Source: an uncultured Bdellovibrio sp.
Lineage (GTDB): Bacteria; Bdellovibrionota; Bdellovibrionia; Bdellovibrionales; Bdellovibrionaceae
DNA length: 64,000 bases
Direction: 5' to 3'
Assembly: GCA_963932905.1 (NCBI GenBank)
Contig: CAWVRN010000008.1
Span: 1 to 64,000, forward strand
The number at the start of each line of letters is the position of its first letter. Within the stretch, counting starts at the first letter, position 1. Below are positions 7,981 to 16,749 of the stretch, one piece after another. A program made the translations under genes and the position numbers. The notes beneath the pieces were generated by a model. That model saw nothing but the letters and a program-made list of their open reading frames with translations, did not search any database and was not told where the DNA came from.

Positions 7981-10051
7981 AAGTAAACTCGACGGCTTTT
8001 TCTTTCAACTTTTCATAACGACCTGAACTACCGCCATGGCCTGATTCCATGTCAGTTTTTAATAGAATCTGCGAGTGCGAAGTGTTTAATTCACGCAGGC
8101 GTGCGACCCATTTAGCGGGCTCCCAATATTGTACCTGTGAATCATGCAAGCCGGTTGTAACCAGAATATTAGGGTAGTTAGCTTTCTTCACATTATCATA
8201 GGGCGAATATTTCAAAATATAGTCGTAGTATTGTTTTTCATTCGGATTTCCCCACTCATCATATTCGCCAGTTGTTAGTGGAATTGAATCATCCAACATA
8301 GTCGTTAGAACATCGACAAACGGAACTTGCGCTACGATGCCTTTATACAGATCGGGGCGCATATTGGTGATCGCGCCCATCAGTAAACCACCAGCACTGC
8401 CGCCCATGGCATAAACCGCCTTTTTATCCACAATTTTAAGTTTAACCAGTTCTTCAGTCGCATCGATGTAGTCATGGAATGTATTCATCTTGTGAGTCGT
8501 GCGGCCGTCGTCGTACCAGTGACGACCTAATTCAGAGCCACCGCGAACGTGAATAATGGCGTACACAAAACCACGATCAATTAATGAAAACACGCTTTGA
8601 GAAAAATACGGAGTCAGTGCCATACCGTAAGATCCATAACCATAAGTCAGAACGGGCGACGTGCCGTCGTTCGTGTGATCGGCCTTCATCAATAGCGATA
8701 CGGGAACCTTCTTTCCATCTCGCGCTGTAATCCAAATGCGATCGGTTTTGTATTTAGACGGCGTGAAGTTTGGAATCACTCGCTCTTTTTTCAAATCCTT
8801 ATTTTTTGTTTCTAAGTTGAAATCAAAAGTTTGTTCAGGCTGGCGCATAGACTCAAACACATATCGAAATACTTTTGATGTGTATTCGCTTTGTGCATCG
8901 GTTTCAGCCGTGTAGGCTTTGTCCGCAAAGGGAATAAAGTATTCACTGTTGTTGTGGCGGTTTCTAACAAGGATCTGATCCAAACCGTCGTGTTTTAATC
9001 CAGCTACTATGTAATCTTTGAATACGGTTATATCTTCCAAGTAGTAATCAGTTTTATGGGGTATAACTTCTTTCCAGTCTTTCTTGGCAATTTTTCCGGG
9101 CATGGCTTCGAACAAGCGATAGTTAGGTGCTTTCCAGTTGCTGCGAATATAGAATCGATCGCCGCCATCATAAACTTCGTATTCATGTTCTTTTTCACGC
9201 TTAAGAAACGTTTTAAATTCGCCAGTAGGTTGTCCCGCATCTAGATATTTAATCTCGGTAGTTAAGGTACTATTGGCTACCGTGAAGATGTAATTCTTCG
9301 CTAGGTTTTGATATATGAAAACTTCGTACGCCTCATCTTTTTCTTCCATCACCAGCGTCGACGTTTTGTTTTGAATATCGTAACGGTAAACTTGGTAGGT
9401 ACGTAAGGTTTCTGGATCACTTTTCGTGTAGAAGAAATAACGATTGTCTTTTGACCAAATGATGTTGGCCTTGGCTTTTTCAATTTTAATTGGCAATAGT
9501 TCCTGAGTGCGCAGGTCTTTAACTTGGATGGTGTAAAAACGTCGCCCCTGATTGTCAAACGCATATGCCATCAAGTTATGGTCATTCGACATGATCGGGC
9601 CAGAAGATTCATAGTAGTTTTGGCCTTCTGATTCCTTATTTACATCTATCAACGTTGTTTCTTGTCCATCTTTTAAATTTCTACGTAAATAGACAGGATA
9701 TTGTTTTCCCGGAATAAATTTCGAATAGTATTCATAACCTGCGCGCTGAATAGGTACGCTAGATTCATCTTCGATAACTCTGGATTTTAATTCTTCAAAG
9801 ATTTGATTTTGTAATGCTTCGTGAGGTTTAAGAACAGATTCGGTGTATTCGTTTTCTTGCTCTAAGTACCTTATGACGTTTTTATCTTCACGATTTTTTA
9901 GCCAAAAAAAATTGTCGACACGAACGTGCCCGTGTTTTTCTAAACGCTTTTCTGTTTTCGTAGCAATGGGAGCTTTCGTGGGCGCTGTCATACAACCTAT
10001 TTCCGTGGTTAAAATGAATAGAGCAGAACACCGAAGGAGTCGGCTAAGCAC
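7955..10051 (-). CDS. ptrB: Oligopeptidase B (S9 family)
   Basis: GGSAGGLL nucleophile, DSQVQYWEPAKW, GHGGSSGR; RVDNFFWL N-terminus; signal/lipoprotein-like leader. Confidence 0.95.
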   Translation of the reverse strand: MLSRLLRCSALFILTTEIGCMTAPTKAPIATKTEKRLEKHGHVRVDNFFWLKNREDKNVIRYLEQENEYTESVLKPHEALQNQIFEELKSRVIEDESSVPIQRAGYEYYSKFIPGKQYPVYLRRNLKDGQETTLIDVNKESEGQNYYESSGPIMSNDHNLMAYAFDNQGRRFYTIQVKDLRTQELLPIKIEKAKANIIWSKDNRYFFYTKSDPETLRTYQVYRYDIQNKTSTLVMEEKDEAYEVFIYQNLAKNYIFTVANSTLTTEIKYLDAGQPTGEFKTFLKREKEHEYEVYDGGDRFYIRSNWKAPNYRLFEAMPGKIAKKDWKEVIPHKTDYYLEDITVFKDYIVAGLKHDGLDQILVRNRHNNSEYFIPFADKAYTAETDAQSEYTSKVFRYVFESMRQPEQTFDFNLETKNKDLKKERVIPNFTPSKYKTDRIWITARDGKKVPVSLLMKADHTNDGTSPVLTYGYGSYGMALTPYFSQSVFSLIDRGFVYAIIHVRGGSELGRHWYDDGRTTHKMNTFHDYIDATEELVKLKIVDKKAVYAMGGSAGGLLMGAITNMRPDLYKGIVAQVPFVDVLTTMLDDSIPLTTGEYDEWGNPNEKQYYDYILKYSPYDNVKKANYPNILVTTGLHDSQVQYWEPAKWVARLRELNTSHSQILLKTDMESGHGGSSGRYEKLKEKAVEFTFILSTKDL

Positions 10052-11738
10052 GAGCTCCTCCGAGTAATTCCTCGGCGTGGGCCAAACTTGTTTTTGTGAT
10101 TTTTTCGCCGCTGATTAATCGTGCCAGTTCCTTGATCCGATCTTTGCGGTTTAGTTCATCCACAGTCATGGCTACTTTGTCGTTGATAGTATCTTTTTGA
10201 ATTAAGTAATGGTGATCACCGTGAGCCGCCACTTGCGGCAAATGAGTCACGCAGATAACTTGCTGGCCTTGCGCGATCGAGTGCAGTTTGATGCCAACTT
10301 TTTCTGCCGTTTCACCAGATACGCCCGTATCTACTTCATCGAATAAATAGGTTCTTGGGAAATCAGATTTTCCCAAAACTTTTTTCAACGACAGCAAGAT
10401 ACGAGATAATTCTCCGCCGCTGGCAAATTTTGCAAGCGATTTTGGTGATTCCTTAGATGTCGCTTGCGTTGTGAATTCAATATGTGAATTACCGCTAATA
10501 GAAAATTCCGGGCGGACTTCGGCATTCACGCCAAACTGAACGCCCTTCATGTTTAGATCATCAAGTTCTTTATTTACCAATACTTTCAATTGCAACGAAG
10601 CCTGCACGCGTTTTTTGTGAAGATCTTGAGCTCGTTTATTTAAATCGACATTGATTTTAGAAATTTCTTTTTCGATTTCGATTTTACGTTGTTCTTGAGT
10701 CTGTAATTGGTGAATTTCATTTTCTATCGTTACCAATGACTGAAGGATTTCGCTTAAGCTTGGTCCATATTTCTTTTGTAGTTTGCGAAGGCTGTTTAAT
10801 TTAGCTTCCATTGATTCCAGGTTTTCGGGATCTAAATCAATTTTATCAGTGTATGTACGCACGTCGAACAGCACATCTTCTAAAGATGACTTGATGGCTT
10901 CTAAACCCAATAACTTTTCACCTAGCTGTGGATCAATTGTCGTGATCTCGTGTCCTTTTTTCAGCACGGTTTTGATCCGCGCTAATGCTGAATCTTCATC
11001 GCTGTCCAGCATGCTTTCAATTTGGTTAGTAAACTGGATGATCTTGTTGCCGCTTTTCAAGCGTTTGATTTCTTGTTCCAAGATTTCATCTTCGCCAGGG
11101 CCCAGATCAAGTGACGCGATTTCATTTTTCTGGAAAGTTAAGTAATCTAGACGTTGTTCTTTGTTTTTGCTGTTTTCATCGATGGTGATTAATTCTTTTT
11201 CTAATTTACGAAGAGTTTCTAGCTGAGTTTGGAATTGATGACGTGATTCCCATAGGCCCGCATAGCGATCTAGCATATCTAGGTGATACGCCGGGGACAT
11301 TAAATTTTTATTTTCATGCTGGCCAGTTAGTTCAACTAGCGGAGCTGATGAGCCAGTGACTTCAACTAACGGAGAAATCAAATCTTTTAACAAGTTCAAG
11401 CTAGATAGCTGGCCGTTCAAATAGACACGTGATTTATCGGCCACGATAACTCGGCGAACGATCAATAAACCTTCATCGTTCTCGATACCAAAGGAAGTCA
11501 GTTTTTGTTTAATATCTTCGCGCTCAGAGATATCGAAGCAGCCTTCAACGATGGCTTGTTCAGAACCGGCACGTATGATGTCCGCAGATGATTTACTTCC
11601 CATTAGTAGCGAAAGACTTTTAAGTAATACGGATTTACCAGAACCAGTTTCCCCAGAAATAATATTCAATCCCGATTTGAATGACAGATGAACATTCTCG
11701 ATGATTGCAAAATTGGCTACTTTTAGTTCTAGTAACAT
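10044..11738 (-). CDS. recN: DNA repair protein RecN
   Basis: GETGSGKS Walker A, ASGGELSR, FDEVDTGVSG, CVTHLPQVAA. Confidence 0.97.
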   Translation of the reverse strand: MLLELKVANFAIIENVHLSFKSGLNIISGETGSGKSVLLKSLSLLMGSKSSADIIRAGSEQAIVEGCFDISEREDIKQKLTSFGIENDEGLLIVRRVIVADKSRVYLNGQLSSLNLLKDLISPLVEVTGSSAPLVELTGQHENKNLMSPAYHLDMLDRYAGLWESRHQFQTQLETLRKLEKELITIDENSKNKEQRLDYLTFQKNEIASLDLGPGEDEILEQEIKRLKSGNKIIQFTNQIESMLDSDEDSALARIKTVLKKGHEITTIDPQLGEKLLGLEAIKSSLEDVLFDVRTYTDKIDLDPENLESMEAKLNSLRKLQKKYGPSLSEILQSLVTIENEIHQLQTQEQRKIEIEKEISKINVDLNKRAQDLHKKRVQASLQLKVLVNKELDDLNMKGVQFGVNAEVRPEFSISGNSHIEFTTQATSKESPKSLAKFASGGELSRILLSLKKVLGKSDFPRTYLFDEVDTGVSGETAEKVGIKLHSIAQGQQVICVTHLPQVAAHGDHHYLIQKDTINDKVAMTVDELNRKDRIKELARLISGEKITKTSLAHAEELLGGARA

Positions 11739-11758
11739 ATATACCCCTTTTCTGAACT

Positions 11759-12643
11759 TTATGATCTATCGCCGAATTTCAATTTCTCACGCAGTAAGTG
11801 GAAGAAATTGTGGGATGGCGAACGTACGACCCAGTGAAATTGATGACTTTTTTCGATAACGACTTCGTTCTCGCTAGAAATTTCAATTTTATGCTGACCA
11901 TCTACAATGAAATGAGCACGCGTTTCTTTACCTTCTAATTTAAAACTCATGTTCCTGTCTTCAGGAAAAATGATTGGGCGTGAATTTAAGCTGTGCGGTG
12001 CGATTGGAGTCAATACAACCGCTTTAGAGTCAGGGTAAATCAAAGGACCGCCCGCTGCCAAGTTATAGGCTGTCGAGCCAGTCGGAGTTGCGATAATCAA
12101 TCCATCGGCCTTGACTTGCGATACAAAGAATTTTTCGCTGTAGATCGATGTATTAATCAAATGAGAAAAACTACCACGTTCGATTACTATGTCATTTAAA
12201 GCTAAGAATGTTTTTATCTTCTTTTGATTTTTGAAAATACTGGCCTCAAGTAATGTGCGTGGATGCATTTCCATTTCGCCTTGAAGAGTTTTTTCTAAAG
12301 TCGGAAATACTTGGTCCGCGGAAAAGTTAGTCAGGAAACCCAGCGAACCCATGTTGAAACCAATGACCGGAATTTTTCGGCCATGGATGTACGAAGCTGC
12401 TCGTAAGTAGGTTCCATCACCGCCCAGAACCACGATCAATCCAATTTTCTTCCAAGCTTGAGGTGTTTTTAGCAATAACGTGTTTGGAACTAATTTTTGA
12501 TCGGGCAATGTGTACACGGTGTGCTTGCGTTCGCGCAGCCAGTTAGTGACTTCGATTGCGGCTTGAATCGCTTTCTCTGTGTGTTCGCGATAAACGATTC
12601 CAATACATGTAGATGACGGTTTTCTTTTTCTAGTTGTCGCCAT
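11759..12643 (-). CDS. nadK: NAD(+) kinase
   Basis: GGDGT, GSLGFL, ALND, DGLIIATPTGSTAYNLAAGGP. Confidence 0.97.
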   Translation of the reverse strand: MATTRKRKPSSTCIGIVYREHTEKAIQAAIEVTNWLRERKHTVYTLPDQKLVPNTLLLKTPQAWKKIGLIVVLGGDGTYLRAASYIHGRKIPVIGFNMGSLGFLTNFSADQVFPTLEKTLQGEMEMHPRTLLEASIFKNQKKIKTFLALNDIVIERGSFSHLINTSIYSEKFFVSQVKADGLIIATPTGSTAYNLAAGGPLIYPDSKAVVLTPIAPHSLNSRPIIFPEDRNMSFKLEGKETRAHFIVDGQHKIEISSENEVVIEKSHQFHWVVRSPSHNFFHLLREKLKFGDRS

Positions 12644-14697
12644 TAAATTAAACCATCTCTTCGCAATAATGCATCCGCATCGGGTTCGCGTCCTCTGAAT
12701 TTTTTGTATAGTTCCATTGGGTGTTCGCTGCCACCTTTAGAAAGAACATTGTCGCGGAAACGAGCCGCGACCTCTTTGTTGAAAATACCTTTTTCTTTAA
12801 AGTACTCAAACGCATCAGCATCTAAAACTTCCGCCCACTTGTACGAGTAATATCCAGCCGAATAGCCGCCTGCAAAAATGTGACTAAAGCTGCATGATGT
12901 ATTCATCCCATCAATTTTTGGTAGAAGACGAAATGCGGAAATAGCGGTGTCTTCAAAACGTTCAACATCTGTAATCGTCTTTGGATCGGTCGTGTGCCAA
13001 GCCATATCTAAAGTTCCTAACTGAACTTGGCGAAGACTTGCCCAGCCAGCTAGGTATTTTTGTGAACGAACCAATTTGTCGACTAGGTCTTTAGGGATCA
13101 ATTGGTTAGTTTCATAATGACGAGCATATAAATCTAGGCTTTCTTTTTCGTTCACCCAGTTTTCCATGATCTGACTTGGCAATTCAACGAAATCCCAATA
13201 CACATTCGGTCCAGATAGCGATCGGTGACGGCAATCAGACAAAATCCCATGCAAAGCATGACCGAATTCATGGAATAAGGTTCTAACTTCATCATACGTC
13301 AACAAGCTTGGTTTTGTTGATGTCGGTTTCGTAAAATTACAAACGATACTAACGTGAGGTCTGCGGACATCGCCATCAAAGTATCCTTGTTCACGGAACA
13401 AAGTCATCCAAGCACCGCCTTTTTTAGTTTGGCGAGGGAAAAAATCTGTATAAAACAAGCCCATATAGACGTTGTTATCTTCACGATAAATTTCGTACGT
13501 TTTTACATCAGGATGATACACCGGAAGTTTTGAATTTTCTTTGAATATAATGCCGTAGAGTCTGCGGGCATGTTCAAATACACCGTTCACTACATTTTCC
13601 AATTTGAAATATGGACGAAGGTCTTCTTCGTTGAACGAATATTTTTTCTCTTTCAATTTTTCAGAATAATAAGCAAAGTCCCATGATTTGAAATCATTTA
13701 GTTTATCTGTTTCGTAAGCGAAGTCAGAAACTTCTTTCAGATCGCGTTCAGCTGCCACAAGTGAAACATCTTGAAGACGTTTTAAGAACGACGTCACTTG
13801 CGTCGATGTTTGCGCCATACGTTCTTGTAAAACAAAATCAGCATGATCTTTAAAACCCAATATCTGAGCGCGTTCGCGTTTTAGAAGCAGGATTTTTTTA
13901 ATTAGCTCTTGATTGCTTTGTTCACCTTGAAATGCGCGTGAATTATAAGCACGGAAAACTTTTTCACGCAGGTCACGGCGTTTAGAATACGTCATCATCG
14001 GCATGTAACTTGGGATTTGTAAGTTGAAAACGTATTTGCCCTGTAGGTTCTTGCTTAAGGCAAGATCTTTAGCCGCTTCAATCGCCGATTCTGGCAATCC
14101 GTCTAAATCTTTTTCCTCAAGAACCATTTCAAATGCATTCGTTGCTTTCAGTACGTTCTCAGAAAACTGTGGACCTAACGTCGATAACTCTTGGTCGATT
14201 TTACGTAATGCTTCTTTGCGTTCGTTTTCAAGGAGAGCGCCATTACGAGTGAAGCTTAAATAGGTTTTTTCTAAAAGGCGAGACTCTTCAACCGTCAATT
14301 TAAAATTCTTGCGATTCTCGTACACAGATTTAATTTTTGCAAACAAAGCGGCGTTGAGTGTGATGTCGGAACTAAAGCTGGCTAGCAGTGGATATAGTTT
14401 TTTTCCCACTTCGTGAATTTTTTCATCGCCGTTGGCGACTTCTAAGTTTCCAAAAGCTAGCGAAGCTTGATCTAAACGTTCTGAACTTTTTTCCAATGCA
14501 AAGATCACATTCTCAAACGTTGGTGTTTGAGGGTTATCTAAAATTTGTTGAATGTTTTTCTTAGCATCCGCAATCCAATACTCAACCGCGGGAACAAAAT
14601 GCTCCGCTTTAATTTGGTCGAAGGGCAGTGCTTTGTCGAAGTTTTTTAGTGGCTCAATTAACGGATTTTGTGACATAATGATATCCTTTGATTTCAA
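12643..14697 (-). CDS. dcp: M3 family metallopeptidase (peptidyl-dipeptidase Dcp / oligopeptidase A); real start may be a few codons downstream
   Basis: FHEFGHALH zinc motif, WDFVELPSQIMENW, GYSAGYYSYKWAEVLDADAF. Confidence 0.9.
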   Translation of the reverse strand: MKSKDIIMSQNPLIEPLKNFDKALPFDQIKAEHFVPAVEYWIADAKKNIQQILDNPQTPTFENVIFALEKSSERLDQASLAFGNLEVANGDEKIHEVGKKLYPLLASFSSDITLNAALFAKIKSVYENRKNFKLTVEESRLLEKTYLSFTRNGALLENERKEALRKIDQELSTLGPQFSENVLKATNAFEMVLEEKDLDGLPESAIEAAKDLALSKNLQGKYVFNLQIPSYMPMMTYSKRRDLREKVFRAYNSRAFQGEQSNQELIKKILLLKRERAQILGFKDHADFVLQERMAQTSTQVTSFLKRLQDVSLVAAERDLKEVSDFAYETDKLNDFKSWDFAYYSEKLKEKKYSFNEEDLRPYFKLENVVNGVFEHARRLYGIIFKENSKLPVYHPDVKTYEIYREDNNVYMGLFYTDFFPRQTKKGGAWMTLFREQGYFDGDVRRPHVSIVCNFTKPTSTKPSLLTYDEVRTLFHEFGHALHGILSDCRHRSLSGPNVYWDFVELPSQIMENWVNEKESLDLYARHYETNQLIPKDLVDKLVRSQKYLAGWASLRQVQLGTLDMAWHTTDPKTITDVERFEDTAISAFRLLPKIDGMNTSCSFSHIFAGGYSAGYYSYKWAEVLDADAFEYFKEKGIFNKEVAARFRDNVLSKGGSEHPMELYKKFRGREPDADALLRRDGLI

Positions 14698-14741
14698 AGA
14701 ATATCAGGTCAAATCACTGAGGCAACATCTAACTTAAGCTG

Positions 14742-15311
14742 TTATTGACGGCGGCAAATTCCCATACGTGAACTAGTTGCTGTAGGTTGGCAAACCAGGC
14801 CACTGCCACAACTCCCCGGTGTGTCGATGAAGCACGATAGAGCAACTTGTTGATAGCAATTATTTAAACTGCTTGCCGTATTTGGAATATTAGAAACCTG
14901 TGTCCAATTAACCCACTGATAGTTATTAGCGGATAGGGAATAGTAGTACACGCCAACCGCGATGGGATCAAAATATTGAATTCTTAAGCAGCCCATTCCA
15001 ATGGTGCCACCGTAAACAGGGCGAGATCCTGATGGGCAATCGCATAAAGGCATCGTCGAGTAGCCAGAATAACTGTAATTATAGAAGTTAGTGTACGGGT
15101 AAGGGCTAAAACCATAGGCAGCGTATTGATTATAAACCTGAGGGTTACATGTGCCATTAGTACCATATGGATTATAAGGATTATAAACATTTGTAGTTTG
15201 AATGCATTGGTTGCTGACCGCGGGAGGAGCTGCCGTCGTGCTGTTGTTGGACTGGTTGCAGGCCACCATAAACAATGACGTGATTACGAATGCATAAAAT
15301 AGTGTTTTCAT
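14742..15311 (-). CDS. Cys/Tyr-rich lipoprotein of unknown function
   Basis: Lipobox MVAC, 10 further Cys, about 20 Tyr; AAGGA SD upstream. Confidence 0.7.
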   Translation of the reverse strand: MKTLFYAFVITSLFMVACNQSNNSTTAAPPAVSNQCIQTTNVYNPYNPYGTNGTCNPQVYNQYAAYGFSPYPYTNFYNYSYSGYSTMPLCDCPSGSRPVYGGTIGMGCLRIQYFDPIAVGVYYYSLSANNYQWVNWTQVSNIPNTASSLNNCYQQVALSCFIDTPGSCGSGLVCQPTATSSRMGICRRQ

Positions 15312-15570
15312 AAAAATCCTTTGTTCACACTAGGGTGTATTACCAGAATGATGCCTAATTTTCTGGCTTTAACCGTGTTTGGGAGCAGCTGGACGATTGG
15401 GTCTGCCAAGTGGGCCTAAATCGAATAACACATGTACAATTTTTAGACACTTTTATCCCGGGGTAAGTGGGCCAAAAGATCGAGAAAAATTGAACCAGTG
15501 TCTGATCCAGTTTAGGAGTCGCCTATACCTAGGTTTATTAAGTTTAGTCTGTTAAATGACGAGCTAACAC

Positions 15571-16665
15571 GTGATGGAATCTGTTCCAAAAACGATAAAA
15601 AACAAACCTATGATTTGCGTTGTTGATGACGACGATATGTTTCGTGAAGTGCTGTCTTGCACTTTGGAAACTAATGGTTATGATGTGATTGTTTTTAGCT
15701 CGGCCTCTATGTTTTTAGTATCTGACGCTTTTGCAAAAAAGAGTTTTGACCTAGTTATAACCGATATCAATATGCCAGGTGCGACAGGATATGAACTGTG
15801 TCGATCGGTTCGCGAAAAATATTCGCAAGATCGCATTCCCATAGTCATGGTCACCGGAAATGATGCTTTAAAAGAAAAAACGAAGGGACTTGAAGTCGGT
15901 GCAGATGACTTTATCCAAAAGCCATTTCGTAATGAAGAATTGTTAGCAAAGTTAGCTTCACTATTGAAAATCAGATTCCAAGCTTTGGAACGTCTGGGTC
16001 GATTGACTCGATTCATTTCGCCAAATATTGCCGAGATGATGGCGGATGATCCCCAACAACTATCGCTGAAACTTCACCGCGCGCAGGTGACGGTGTTATT
16101 TTCAGATCTGCGTGGATTCACTGCATTTTCAGAAACAGCAGAGCCCGAAGAAGTACTAGAAATATTGAATCACTACTATAAAGCAGTGGGTGCCAGCGCT
16201 GCTAAATACAAAGCAACTCTGGGACATTTAGCCGGCGACGGCATTATGTTATTTTTAAATGATCCTTTGCCAATCTCTAATCATCAAGAAGTGGGGTTGA
16301 AGTTAGCGATGGATATTCGTTCTGCATTGAACGAACAAAAAGTAATTTGGAAAACAAAAGGCTACAATATTGATTTTGGAATTGGCCTGGCTGAGGGTTT
16401 CGCCACGATGGGCGGTATCGGTTTTGACCAATTCTGGCAATATTCGGTGATTGGTCCAGTAGCGAACTTTGCATCTCGCATGTGCCACTATGCGAACAAC
16501 GGACAAATTTTAGTTTCACACAGATTTTTAGCTCGTATGAGCGGTGCAGACACGTTTACGACCGAAAGCATTGGTTCGATTACGTTAAAAGGTATCGAAA
16601 AAACCGTAAAAGCATTTAACGTTGTTGATTACGCCGAAGAAGTTAAGCTCAGCAAAGCTGGCTAG
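15571..16665 (+). CDS. Receiver-domain class III nucleotidyl (adenylate/guanylate) cyclase
   Basis: REC (VVDDDD, TDINMPG, KPF) + cyclase FSDLRGFT, AGDGIM, YSVIGPVANFASR, LKG. Confidence 0.92.
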   Translation: MMESVPKTIKNKPMICVVDDDDMFREVLSCTLETNGYDVIVFSSASMFLVSDAFAKKSFDLVITDINMPGATGYELCRSVREKYSQDRIPIVMVTGNDALKEKTKGLEVGADDFIQKPFRNEELLAKLASLLKIRFQALERLGRLTRFISPNIAEMMADDPQQLSLKLHRAQVTVLFSDLRGFTAFSETAEPEEVLEILNHYYKAVGASAAKYKATLGHLAGDGIMLFLNDPLPISNHQEVGLKLAMDIRSALNEQKVIWKTKGYNIDFGIGLAEGFATMGGIGFDQFWQYSVIGPVANFASRMCHYANNGQILVSHRFLARMSGADTFTTESIGSITLKGIEKTVKAFNVVDYAEEVKLSKAG

Positions 16666-16749
16666 TTCCTGTTTAGTACGGATTTAGAATCCACTCAAAA
16701 CGTCTTTCGATAAATCGCTGTAAGTATTAGGGACAGTAGAACTGCGGAT

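Noticed and set aside
15538..15565. Sigma28-like promoter before the cyclase (TTAAGTTT...GACGAGCT)
   Set aside because: -10 box and spacing deviate; too weak to call
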